A stretch of DNA of 61,164 bases, filler included, from Sphacelaria rigidula (taxonomy: Eukaryota): NCBI GenBank assembly GCA_964200075.2. It is 10 parts of 10 records of this genome, joined end to end, with 100 filler letters (N's around TTAATTAATTAA, not from the genome) between each part and the next. Parts side by side here need not be neighbours in the genome. Positions count along the whole stretch, not along the records: positions 1 to 6,027 come from CAXNAA020022708.1; positions 6,128 to 12,154 come from CAXNAA020022709.1; 8 more parts are not named here. One strand, 5' to 3'. The position numbers and the translations under genes were made by a program. How positions within the stretch are numbered: the first letter of the stretch is position 1; every line of letters begins with the position of its first letter. Below the pieces are notes generated by a model. The model saw nothing but the letters and a program-made list of their open reading frames with translations. It was not told where the DNA came from and did no database searches. Shown piece after piece: positions 1-11,492 of this stretch.

Positions 1-2
1 GT

Positions 3-485
3 GCTAATAGTATTAGGGGTTCGAGGTCTGGGAGAGGCGGCGGCAGCGGCGGCAGCAGGCCAGACGGTAGCAGCAGGGACACTAGGCAAGGGGGAAGGGG
101 CGGTGGGGGTGACAGAGTGAAAGCGGGAAGGGGGTACTCCGTCGTCTGCCATAACTGCGGCAAGACCGGTCATATAAGTCGCCAATGCCCCTTCCTACCG
201 AACGTCGGCGGAAGTGGCGGCGGCAGCGGCCTGGGTGGTGGCGGCGGGGGAACGGGGAACGCGGCGCCCCCGCCTCCATCTCAGAATTTTTCCAACCCTG
301 GGGGGATGATTGGCGGGGGGGGTCCTGGAGGAGCCCCACCGCAGATGATGCACCCGCCACCCCCACCTGTGATGCATCCGGGAAGCGGGGGTGGGCCACC
401 GATGGCTGCTTTTGGACCGGGGGTGGTGCCGCCGCCGCTGCCGCAGAAGCAACGGGGGAACTCGAAAAAGAAGAAGAAGAAGCAG
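3..485 (+). CDS. Partial exon of a CCHC zinc-knuckle, RGG/Gly- and Pro-rich protein (probable nucleic-acid-binding protein)
   Basis: The frame is open from the contig start (ANSIRGSRSGRGGG...). It contains CHNCGKTGHISRQC (C-x2-C-x4-H-x4-C), poly-Gly and poly-Pro tracts, and a basic KKKKKK. Candidate donors are CAG|GTTCGT at 486 or GTAAGC at 490, after which the sequence looks intronic. Confidence 0.75.
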
Positions 486-1752
486 GTTCGTAAGCGTGTC
501 TATGTCTGTGTCTGCCTACTCCTGTCTGAGAGGGGTGTAAGGAGAAAGCGAGAGGATCGGAAAACGGGGTGGGGGGAGAAGGTGGGGGATGACGAAAGTA
601 ATGAATTAAACAGCGTACGTTTCATCGGGAATCGGCAAACACTAGGTACCACGACGTTTGCTCCGCCATACCAGTTCGGCCCTCGTGCACTGTGTTTTTG
701 AACATATTCGTGAAACAAAATATTTTGCGGTGCTGCCAGTCTGTACCCCTGAACGATAGTATGCGCACAAGGTTCAAGATAGCACCATGGCCACTGTGGG
801 AAACACATGTAAAAACAAAAAGGTTTCCATAAGCGCCTGTATAGGACAACGCACGTTTCTTGACCCCACAAATACACAATGATCCGCATTTTTTTTGCAA
901 TAGTTGCAATGAATTCGGAGCTCTTGACCCGAGAAATATGTCTTGTTTCTTCATGTCTTCAAGAACATCTCAACACAATACTTCCTCTGTCCCATAAGTA
1001 AAGTCCGTTATGATCACACAGACCCTTAACCGTGCCCACTGCCGTAGGCGATACTTTTTTTGAAATCTTCAGTTTTTTTTAGTTGAATTGCGTTTTTTTT
1101 CCTTCTGCTTGCGCAGCAGCCAGCGTGCCCGAATGGCCGACAAACGATCACTCGGCCCAAAAATGGCCATATTGCGCCCCTTTACTAGAACAGAGAGGAC
1201 CCTGGAAACCCGAAAAATCGCAAAAATCGCAAAAAAAGCACAACGAGCTCTTTTTCTCCGGTTCATTGCTGGCATACGATAGCTACGCCCAGCCCGAAAT
1301 CAGTCGTTTACATTGCAGCCTTCAGTTACTTCAAAACAAGCCAAATTCGTCGAAATTCGGCCGGAAATGTACAGATTAGACGGAATCTGGTCAAAATTTG
1401 GCCATGTTTGACCCAACGGTTATAACTTTGTAGGTCGATTATGTTATTTTTGGTTTTTCCAGCGGCCATCTCCACAACTATATATTTTCAACGAAGCTAC
1501 CCATCATATCGTGAGCACCTCCGTTGGCGAGGTACGGCCTATCCCCCATAACGGACTTTACTCATGGGACAGAGGAAGTACATACATATATATATATTGA
1601 AGGAAAAAAATTGCGATGTTCTCCAATATAAAATATTGGTATCATTCTGGAACACATTGTATTGTGGAGGGTATGAAGAACGCAGCAACGGTGACCAGAG
1701 GGGTATCAAAAGGCACATATCGACCCGCATTTTCAGCCGTCGCACGATTGAG

Positions 1753-2265
1753 TCAAGATATATTAAATACTGTGAAGAGGATGGGCGGCACCACACCGGT
1801 GGCCAGATAGGTATCAGAAGGCATGTATACCGGGTCGCCTTTTCCGTCGCCATATTTTTCGGCCAATATACGTATCGAACTCATTCGATGATTCTCCGCA
1901 GCCATGCACGCGAACTTCTGCGGCTTACTTTTAGGTTTTCCGCAATCTGCACGGGCGCCGGCACCCATCGCGTCTGAATCTTTCTTGAGGCGTACGCCAT
2001 ACTTCTAATATTGCCCGGCCTTCGGGGTTGGCGGGGCCTTGCAGAGCCGATGTCCCTGCAAGACTGCGATGTTGGCGATTGCCGTCTTGATGGCTTCCGA
2101 TACGCGGGTTGTTGCCACAACCGGTTGACGCGGGAAGACAGCACAGTCCTTGTCCCTCGACCCGTGCGATGTCCCACAACTTCCCCCACCGTCTGGCCGT
2201 GTTGAACCACCACCATACTCACCACTAGCGCTCGGGCGACCAGCTTCACTCAGAAATGCGTCCAT
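1753..2265 (-). pseudogene. Decayed 5' end of a probable transposon ORF (hAT-like, tentative)
   Basis: It reads MDAFLSEAGRP...KAGQY*KYGVRLKKDSDAMGAGARADCGKPKSKPQKFACMAA with an in-frame stop. A homologous segment (YRYGVHFEKDPDAVDAGARADWEKLRKEPQK) lies at ~28030-28150 in another contig, so it is a dispersed repeat. The superfamily is a guess. Confidence 0.35.
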
Positions 2266-5207
2266 TTTCTACTGTTTTTGACGGTATTTTTGAGGCGCAA
2301 GCAGTCGCCTTGCTCTTTCGTTATGCGGTGGAGGGAGGGGATTGGTGAGCGGTCTGTAGGGGGCAGAGAGCCACACATATATGTTGTCCCGTGGACAGCT
2401 GAGAGCCACAGATGTATGTTTTTCTGTAGGCAGCTGGCAGCTCTTCACTGTTTTTGCAGCTGACAGCCACAAAATAATATATACCCCGACAGCTGACTAG
2501 CTCATACACAACAGAGGAATCTCACACTCGAGGCTCCCGGTATAATCAACAGTATTTTACAGTAAAAAATACCGGAACTTCGAGTTTGAAATGTCTCTGA
2601 CATTCCTAGCTTGTTTGCTAGCTCTGGTTCACGGCATTGTTTGAGGGGAAAAGTGATGCCAATTTATCAGCCACCGTAACCTCACGTCCAAAGGCTCAGG
2701 TAACTAATAAATCGGATCACTTTCCCTCGAAACATTACTCCGAAATATTCCGAAGGAACGGCGCAGCATTCTCGCCTTCTTTTATTTTTTTTCTGGGAAT
2801 GGTTCGAAATGGGTACCAATATATGTTACGCCGGAAATATTTCCCAATATTCCAATACGGTCGACTAATATATACTCAAAACATGCTGTATTGTCCAGGG
2901 TGTGGATATTTTGCGACAAAGATCGTCGCACAGATGAAAACAGGTAACCCAGACGTGAGTTTTTGCTTCAAGGTTTTCGTGCGCGATGGAGCACACGAGG
3001 GCCACTTGTTCCCACAGGCGGGCGTGCAGAGGGAAGGAGTTGTACTTGCAGTGTACTATGTCCCCTCGACGGGATTTGAATACTTGTGGATACTTTTTTT
3101 TATTCCGTGAAAGTATTTTGCGATACACTCATGAGTAGGGTGGCGAAAGGCACGGCAAATGTCATTACGATTTGCCTTCTTACGTGGTAACATATCTTGT
3201 GAATGAGATTCAACCAGGCACGACATCCATGGAAGAGAAATGGGTTGTTCCTGACGCCAGATTTATTTAGGTAGGCTTGCCATTGCTCCTGATGAAGCCT
3301 CAAATATGGAGTGTCTAGAATCGACTGTCAGGGGGAGCGGGAGAGAACAGCACTGCACCCAGTTGTGATTGGATATGATATGCCGTAGTCATCGTACCAA
3401 GGTAGAACATAAGTTGCCGTCGGGCGTACGCGTGCCGAACGGATTGCCTTGCTTCCCGAAACACGTACGCCTACTTACACAGACGAACGGAACGCCCACA
3501 TATGCTCTGCTGTTTCTTATTTCGTCCTAGCTTTAAGCAAGTTGCATGTGCCAATGAATATGTCGTCTTGCCTTGTTACACAGGTGCACACGAGAAGCAA
3601 ATACTCGCGTATGCACACCCGCCATACGAACGCGTGTATTATCTCTCGCCATGGGGTTTTCTGAAGACAAAGCCGAAACGAAGAGCCCAACGTTCTACTG
3701 TCCTGCGTTTCTATTTTTCTGTTTATCATGTTGTCCCTTGCTATCTGAAACCGTAACTTACCACCACCAATCAACAGCAACAGCAGAGCGAATGGCGATC
3801 GGAAAACAAGCGACAGCGAAAGCGCTAGTAAATTGCGATACCGGCTGGGCGGGAAAGCACGGCTGACGCACTCACAAGACAACGATCAAGAGGAGCCGGG
3901 AAACGTATCCGTGGGCACCTTGCTTTGGCCTTGTGTCCCTCGGCATTCGCCTGTAGTAGCGTTGCAGGGTATAGTAAACAGATAGAGAGGTGACCATGCC
4001 CTGCAGGTGGGCAGGATGGACTGCCTTGATTGCTACTGTCACTTGATGTTGGTTGCTGTGCACCGTAAAGGGGCTGCTTGTGGCTGCATGGAGGGTGATG
4101 ACTACAGCATGTCGTGTGTAGGAGGGGAAGCCCCCCCACCCACCCACCCACCCCCTGTGCATATACCCTTACTTTCTGATCGCTTCCTTCAATTGTTTTC
4201 TCTCTCGTGCTCTGTGTGTTGTACGCGAGCTTGTTTTATTGACCTTCAAATTGAGGACAAAAACACACGTTGCAGTACCTATGTGTTGGTCACACGCAAT
4301 CAAAATCAGTCAACACATAAATGAAAATGACCCGGCGCGAAAACAAACGCGATAAGCGGAACCGAATAAAGGTTGTACCCGATCTCTTTCTCGCTTTCCA
4401 TTGACCTTTGTGAGTCCTCACCATGCCTGTCTGTCGGAACGAAACTAAAGGCGACTAGTATGTCTTTCATGTCCGAATACGAACGAATGCGTCCGATGTA
4501 CGGACGATCCCAACACAATCATGTGCCACTGAAGGGTTGACGGTGAGATAAGTATTCCGTCAGTGTCGCAAGATGTCGGACTGGACTTTTTCGTTGTCCT
4601 AACCACCGAGACGTACCAACATAGCAGTCTTGGGCTAGCTTGAGTTTTTTTGTCGCCGGTCAGTTAGTAGTGGTAATGCAGAGGAAGGAAATGATTCCCC
4701 TACACAACTATGCGCCAGAAAGAGAGGGCGACACGCCCGTTTTCATGATGGCGTCGATGGTTGGACCGTCTACCGCCGGATCAGAGGGCTGTGAGTTCGG
4801 GTTCGGCCTCGATTACCACGAAAACACGAGGACTCTGTAGCCAAATCATACCTGGCCGTAGGTTTCAGTATAATCGCATGCATGATTGGAGCAGCCGCAG
4901 GGGACAGGGGATCCTGGATTGATGACCCTCACCTGTGTGGCTCCTTGCTATCTAGCTCTTGATGTGGTCTGTTGAAGATCACTACGTGATAACAACAAGT
5001 GAAAATAAAGGATTCGTCGAGCACGATACCAGTGCTACAAGGGGAGTCCCTCGTGAATAGTCCTCTTGTCCAGATCGTCTGGCAGAGGCTACAACTCGTA
5101 AGACTTGTGAACACGAAAAAAACTGGAGGGTGAAGAGTAAGCAGATACCAAACTCATGAGAAGTCTTTTGGGGAGATTCCTGGCTTGGCAACGCAAGACA
5201 GGTACAG

Positions 5208-5511
5208 CAATGTTTTCGTGAGGTTGAGAGTAGAGAATACGATTGAGAGTAAAAAAGCGACCAATTAGTAAATGAATCGTTCCAGTTCCGAAATGCCCCC
5301 CCCACCCCGAGGCTCGATATGCTTCCTGTAGTAGCTCACCACTGAGGCCTTTGATATCCCTGAGTAGGATATCGACGTGTAGCTGGAAGCACACGCTAGT
5401 GATGAAGGCAAATAATAGCACACAATACTGAGCGAAAAGTTGCCCAAGTTGAAGCGAATAATCAAAGCCACTCTCAATCAGCGCTCTACTCTATATCTGA
5501 TAAAAACGTCG
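5208..5511. mobile_element. ~300 bp MITE family A, copy 1
   Basis: It has ~40 bp imperfect terminal inverted repeats (..TTTCGTGAGGTTGAGAGTAGAG..GATTGAGAGT / ACTCTCAATC..CTCTACTCTATATCT). It is homologous to copies at 25476, 35341 and 36159, and to a partial inverted copy at ~11730-11920. Confidence 0.75.
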
Positions 5512-5744
5512 CTGTACGTAGAAGACATGTGACGATGGTGCGCGAATATCCTCGCCGTTAGCCGACGAAATAGGCTACCTCCACAAATCTCTTCTCGTCG
5601 AACAAACTCAAGGGGAGGTTCGTCCGGAGGGCAGGGCGGGGGGGGGGAGGGGGGACTCATTTGTCACTTGCCTTAGCCGTTCGACGATTGACCAGGCATC
5701 CGTTTCGAGACGGAGCGTCGTTCATATGGGGGGTCCGTCCCAAA

Positions 5745-5925
5745 AGGGTCAACAGGGCGAGAACTCGAGTCATTGCTCGTTGTGGAAACGAACTAACAGG
5801 GCGAGCACTCGAGTCATCACTCGTTGTGCAAAAAATAATAGGGCGAGCACTCAAGTCAATGCTCGCTGTGGAAAAAAATAATAGTGCGAGAACTCGAGCC
5901 ATTGCTCGTTGTGGAAGAAAACTAG
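5745..5925 (+). repeat. Tandem ~40 bp repeat (GGGCGAGCACTCGAGTCATTGCTCGTTGTGGAAA)
   Basis: Four recognisable units; the same unit recurs at ~16570-16810. Confidence 0.8.
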
Positions 5926-6027
5926 TAGGAACAGCCTGGATTCGTTTTTGAGGTTCAACATTTGATTGAGGTTCAACGGACCATCGAAATTCCATTTGTT
6001 TTGTCCAAAAGGCTCGGGATTCGCAAC

Positions 6028-6127
6028 NNNNNNNNNNNNNNNNNNNNNNNNNNNNNNNNNNNNNNNNNNNNTTAATTAATTAANNNNNNNNNNNNNNNNN
6101 NNNNNNNNNNNNNNNNNNNNNNNNNNN
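6028..6127. other. Artificial contig linker
   Basis: 44 N + TTAATTAATTAA (stops in all six frames) + 44 N. Confidence 0.99.
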
Positions 6128-6320
6128 ACGCAACTTTTGCGTCATTCCACGTGTATGGGCTGCGTGTACCTGGGTTGCAACGCTGAGAACAAAGCTTAGG
6201 GATTGATTCGTACGATTGGAATCACACTAGAACCAAGTAAATATCCAGACGATCAGACGAATCATTATTTGTCCGACCCTTGAAACCTTGGGGCTACTGT
6301 AGCTTTTCTCGGGGTCGTAC

Positions 6321-6394
6321 CTCGTCTTCCTGACTCTGCCCCCGTTTTCCATGACGTAGTACGACACGTTCACGTCCTTCTTCGTGCCAAATGC
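6321..6394 (-). CDS. DnaJ/Hsp40 co-chaperone, downstream exon (C-terminal domain)
   Basis: The acceptor is CAG|GCA, the exon reads AFGTKKDVNVSYYVMENGGRVRKTR, and the donor is AG|GTACGA. It joins the 11493-11675 exon in phase 0 to give LTFLEAAFGTKKDV, the typical start of the DnaJ C-terminal domain. Confidence 0.8.
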
Positions 6395-7078
6395 CTGTTA
6401 TTGTTTCGTTGTTGTATTGCGATTTTGGTCAGTAATGCACGACCATGACGACGACAACGGACGGAGGCGGTCGGGCGAACCGTGGTGGATTAAGACAGGT
6501 GGCGACGTGTGTGGGGAAGGTGCGTGTGTATGCGTGTGTATGCGTGTGTGTGTGTGTGTGCCACGTCATCCTTACAGCATTCCTCGATTGCAGGTCGAAG
6601 ATTCAAGCAACCTCTCATGGCCGCACAAAGAAAAACACTTTTTATTTGGCGAAAAAAAGGAGGGGGGAAACAGAAAACGATAAAATTGTGTTTAAAACCA
6701 ATCAATAAATGAGTGCTGAATGAACGAAAAACTGATTCAAAAAAAAAAAGACAGTTTGATATAACTAATGAATAAAAAATTACCCAAAAATGAAATAGTT
6801 AAAAAATTAATTAAGTGATAAAAAAAAATGAAAATTAAGTAACTGTTGGGGCTGGATGTGGGTGACGTCGGTTTGGCTTTCCGCAGTTTTTATAGTCATG
6901 GGAAGTTGGGAAACACTGTAGCCCCGTGCACAACGTTTTGACCCTCACTCTCGCACAGCCTGTACCTACCGTGACTTGATCAAACCCGTCCCCCACGCAG
7001 AGCTGTGATTCTGGACAATGACCCTGCTACATTCACTGCTCTCGAGAATGCACGTAAATCATGCCGACTTGACTGTTC

Positions 7079-7218
7079 CACACCCTCGACAATGAATTAC
7101 ATAATCAAAAAGTGTACCACGTACAGTATAGACAATTGCGTCTATATTGCAATAGCCAATATATTCTGTACTAACGCGGTACATTTTTTTGACAACGTAA
7201 TATATTGTCTAGGGTGTG
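7079..7218. mobile_element. ~140 bp hairpin MITE family E
   Basis: Inverted ends CACACCCTCGACAAT...ATTGTCTAGGGTGTG. Related copies lie at ~28941-29072, ~51900-52013, 54529-54666 and 56547-56684. Confidence 0.7.
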
Positions 7219-7464
7219 GGCTGTTCTAAAAAAAATCGGGAATGTCGGTGAACATGGGGGAACATGATAAAAGGGTGTGGTAGTGGTGGTGGAATTTCTA
7301 GGGAATGCGGAAAAGGAGCTTCCACGCGGGCGCAGGGCCCCAAAAAACCGTCGAAAAAAAATCTCCGTACGAGTACTATATTTTATAAAATGCGGCGCTC
7401 AGCGCCACTTTGCACACCACAACATGGTGAGAGACTCGAGCCCCCCCACCTTCTCTCCCCCCCA

Positions 7465-7550
7465 ACCAGATGCTCCGTCTCGAAAGGGATGCGTGGTCGA
7501 TGGTCAAATGACCAAGGCAAGCAACAAATGAGTACGCCCCCCCCCCCCAA
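7465..7550 (+). repeat. Short high-copy dispersed repeat ending in (CATGATC)ATGAGTAC(A/G)CCCCC
   Basis: Related pieces lie at ~21720-21872, 24509-24568, 36761-36790, 39878-39955, 49315-49378 (-) and 53089-53175 (-). Confidence 0.7.
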
Positions 7551-9074
7551 GCCTGGTTCGGCGAAAACTTGGCGTGCTCCGTGCCGGCTTTCATGGGAAT
7601 GCGAGGTCCCCCCCTCCCCCCCAAGAAACAACAACAACAACAACAAATTCTTGGGGGATATAAACCTGATGAGACACAAACAAAATCCGTGAACTCGAGT
7701 AAACCACATACAAAATTCAACACAAGCATGATTTGATGATTAATTGATTTGAATTGACTGACTTCGTCAGATCATCGAGTGATGCTTCCGGTATGGATCT
7801 CGCCGTCGTCGCTATATATATATTTAGATGTACACATGTATATCCGATATCTTTTCTTCTTTTGTTTTTATTGCAAATCAAATGATTGATCCCCGACGGA
7901 TCCAGTCTTGGTCGTTATCCACGAGATAGACACACCTATGGGAAACAAAGCGGAAACAAACACTTGTAGAAGAAAATTGAAGAGTAACAATAAAATCAAC
8001 CATCGAATGAACAAAGGAACCAACAACATGCAACATCTTGTCAGGATAATGCGCTGTCCCAGCACAATGCGCTGTCTATATCCGGGAGGGCAGGCACGTC
8101 ATCGTCTACACTCTCGCGCCATACATAATTTCGACTCTGAAGAGCTGTAATAACCAGCTCGAGCTCTCTCCCCGTGTGCCGTTTGGCTGGCTGGCCCGTA
8201 GTGCCAAAATCAAGCGAACGGCTCGCCTCTGCCGCACACGATACACACCGACACATTTTTTACTCCACCACACCGACACACTTTTACTCCGCCAAACACA
8301 GCCGGCAAGAAGCCAAGACAACACGACACGCATAAATTGTGCATACTACCCAGAAGGATCATGTTTTGATTTATTGATGGATCGCCGCACTTGACTGATC
8401 GCCCAGGAGTCATAATCCAGGCGTGCCCATTATCCACATGATAGACGTACCCAAGACAAAAGCAAAAACTGAAACACTCACTGAAGAAAAAAATCACAGA
8501 AGGTACGACAGACCAACAAAGTACACCAAGGGAGAAAAAAGACACCGGAAAAAAAAAGAGATGGACAACCTCTGCCACCACATGGCTTCGGTGAAAACGG
8601 TCTCGCGCAGAAGCCATCCTCATACTTAGTCGTACAAGAAAAGTTTACTTAAGGCAGAAGGCAAATACAGATATTAAATCAAGAACCTCTTTTTCAACGT
8701 GGAGCTTGAGTTCCTCATCTTCTTCTGTGGGCTACAAACAGCTACTATGTGTAGGTTTTACTGTAGGGTTCTGAATTCAGACATTGCGATTTGTATGCGC
8801 TCAAGTTCAGGTTCCTATATTTCGAAAACTTTGGGGGCCCCATTTCTCACCTGCTGGCGCTTCCTGTAGTTGCAGAATATTTTTCAACTACCAAATTGAT
8901 CATAAGAGTAAATGTCTGGGCGCTTGGTACTGGAATCAAGTAAGTCGTGTCGGCTTTAGGTCCATACTTTATCCAAATCACCGAATGATCATTTTCGCAA
9001 CAGTAATTTACATCAAACCAACCTTCGACCACTGCCACAAAAAAAGCGGTCTCTGCAAGAGGTCACAATACAGG

Positions 9075-10570
9075 GCGGAACAGTATTTCACAAAAAACAA
9101 AAACGGCCGCGCAAACTGCCCAGCGTGACTGTTCCATCTCTGCAAGAGGTTACAAAAAAAAGGCGGAACACTATTTTAAAAAAAAAACAAGAACGGCCGC
9201 GCAAACTGCCCGGCATGACTGTTCCATCTCTGCAAGTCGTCACGAAAAAAGGGCGGAACAGTTCTTCACAACAGACAAAAACGCAAAAACCAAATACTGT
9301 TCCGTCTCTGCAAGTCGCCCCAAAAAAAAGCGGAACAGTTCTTCACAAGACACAAAAACGCAGAAACGCAAATACTGTTCCATCTCTGTACGTCGTCACC
9401 ACTTCCACTTGAAACAATAGCATCGAACCCCCACCCATAATAATCCTGCGCTTGCGAGCAGAAACTGCTCACCGCGTTTATTGCTTGCACTGATCTCACG
9501 CAGTGCCCGCCGACTCCTCCCAGCTTCCACCCGACTGTCCCAAGAGCAAGCGGCATTTTCTATACTAGCTCTGTAAATGTTCATCGCAAGCACCGTACTT
9601 CTCTTCTTTTTTTTCTCATCGTCCCTCGGACTTCGTGTCCGAATTTCCATGGTGAACACGAAATATCAGTACTGAATGGCGGGGAGGGTCGCCGGGAGGG
9701 TCGCGGGCACGGGGGTGGGGACGCTCACGACTGTGTCGACTGCAAGTGTGCGACCTGTTCCCGCCCCAGCCCTCGTCCGGCAGCACCAACAAGCAAAGTT
9801 GCTTGCTGGTGCTGATGGGCGAGGGCTGGGGCGGGAACAGGCCGCACACTTGCAGCCCACACAGTCGACACAGTCGTCAGCGTCCCCACCCCCGTGCCCG
9901 CGACCCTCCTCGCGATTCAACACTGACATTTCGTGTTCACCATGGAAATTCGGACACGAAGTCCGAAGGATGATGAAGAAGAAAAAAAGCGGTGTTTACG
10001 ATGAACGCTACCAGGGCAAGAAAGAAAAAAAAACGATGTTTGCAATGAACACCAACAGAGCTAGTAAAGTAAATGCCGCTCGCTCTTGGGAAAGTGGGGT
10101 GAAAGCTGGGAGAAGTCGGCGGGCCTTGCTTGAGATCAGTGCAAGCAATGAACGCGGTGAGCAGTTTCTGCTTGCAGTGCAGGATTATTACGGCTGGGGT
10201 TCTGGTACTATTTTTTCAAGTGAAAGTGGTGACGACTTGCGGAGATGGAACAGTATTTCGTTTTTGCGTTGTTCTTTTTTGTGAAATACTGTTCCGGCTT
10301 CTTCTTGTGACGACTTGCAGAGACGGAACAGTATTTCGTTTTCGCGTTCTTGTTTTCTTGCCCTGGTAATGTTCATCGCAAACAACGTTTTTTTTTTCTC
10401 TTATCGTTCTTCGGACTTCGTGTACGAATTTCTATGGTGAACACGGAATGTCGATGTTGAATCGCGGGGAGGGTCGCGGGGAAGGGGGTAGGGACGCTGA
10501 CGACTGGGTCGACTGTGTGGGCTGCGAGGATGAGGCTTGGTCCCACCCCCGCCCTCGCCCGGCAGCACCA
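9075..10570. mobile_element. Foldback-like element: ~1.07 kb imperfect palindrome with tandem sub-repeats and an extra partial arm
   Basis: The centre is CAGCACCAACAAGCAA-AG-TTGCTTGCTGGTGCTG (9781-9814). The arms pair from ~9280 to ~10348, and the outer parts are built of ACTGTTCC(A/G)TCTCTGCAAG units. Confidence 0.85.
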
Positions 10571-10679
10571 TGCGCCGTCGTAAAATATCTCGCTTTCTAA
10601 GCGCAACAAGTCGATTGCGTTCGATCTCCTCTTTTATTTCGGCGTCGGCGGACGGCCCCTGCGCGCTGCAGACAGGTTC

Positions 10680-11215
10680 CTTCTTTGATATTGGTGTGCA
10701 ACCCCAATATGGACAAAATACGTCTCGATCAGACTGAAAACTGATCGACTTTGGGGCAATCAATTTTCAAAAATGGTGTTAATCTATCGGCGTGTCTCAG
10801 AGAACGTGCGGTGGGGAAAAAAAACCCGACCGGATAGGTTGCCACCTCAACATGAGTGCTTCAAGGCACACCCTGACGAGGTATACTTGTACACCCGGTG
10901 GGGGGGCTAGATGAGAGACGGGGCGCCATTCTACCCGGCTTGGTCCTTGCTTCGTCGGGATAGGTTCTCCATGAACTTAGCGCTGTCGGGTTAGCGCCAA
11001 CACGGTTAGGCCTCCTTTCTTCTTTCGTAGTGGTTATGGTTAGCTGTGGGGTTGGAGGTCCCTATCTGCTACTGCTGATGAAATTATTGTGAAGAATGTC
11101 GGGGCCATTTTTTTGTTTTTCGTCATTTTGTTCAAAACCTCGCATGCGTGCGAGACCTGTGCTGTTGATACCTGCAGCACTACTGCCACGCGCGTCAGCC
11201 GTGGCTCACCACTAT
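10680..11215 (+). repeat. ~530 bp dispersed repeat family B, copy 1
   Basis: Collinear similarity to 26110-26645; a partial copy lies at ~24590-24750. Confidence 0.85.
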
Positions 11216-11492
11216 TAAATTCACTACTACTGTATTATCATCAAAACGTTTGGGACCATGAAAAACTGCGATCCGACAGGATATATGTATATATTTCATT
11301 TCAGTCATTTGAAAAATCCTTCTCATTTTTTTTCCCCCAAGAGATTATGACACACGACCTCAAGGGAAGCAGCGAACCGATAATAAAACACTACTTCGTT
11401 CTGCCTCAGGAAAGCTGAATAACTAACTGCAAAAAGAGTTCTTCCTTCTAGAAAAAAAAAAATGGAGAAAAAAAAAAGGTACGACAACATAC

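Noticed and set aside
3143..3160. Exact 18-mer GCGAAAGGCACGGCAAAT also present inverted at ~27205-27222
   Set aside because: The similarity does not extend on either side, and a single 18-mer match is plausible by chance in a window this size.
6072..6083. TTAATTAATTAA recurring every ~6127 bp as a possible regular array or TTAA target site
   Set aside because: It is always centred in 88 Ns and is a synthetic six-frame-stop linker.
9075..9410. ACTGTTCC(A/G)TCTCTGCAAG repeats with intervening sequence, CRISPR-like at first glance
   Set aside because: The intervening segments resemble each other, the repeats are degenerate, the context is a eukaryotic intron with no cas genes, and they form part of the foldback arms.
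9676..10284. 202-aa ORF and mirror-image ORFs on both strands
   Set aside because: These are by-products of the GC-rich palindrome, with no domain or splice support.
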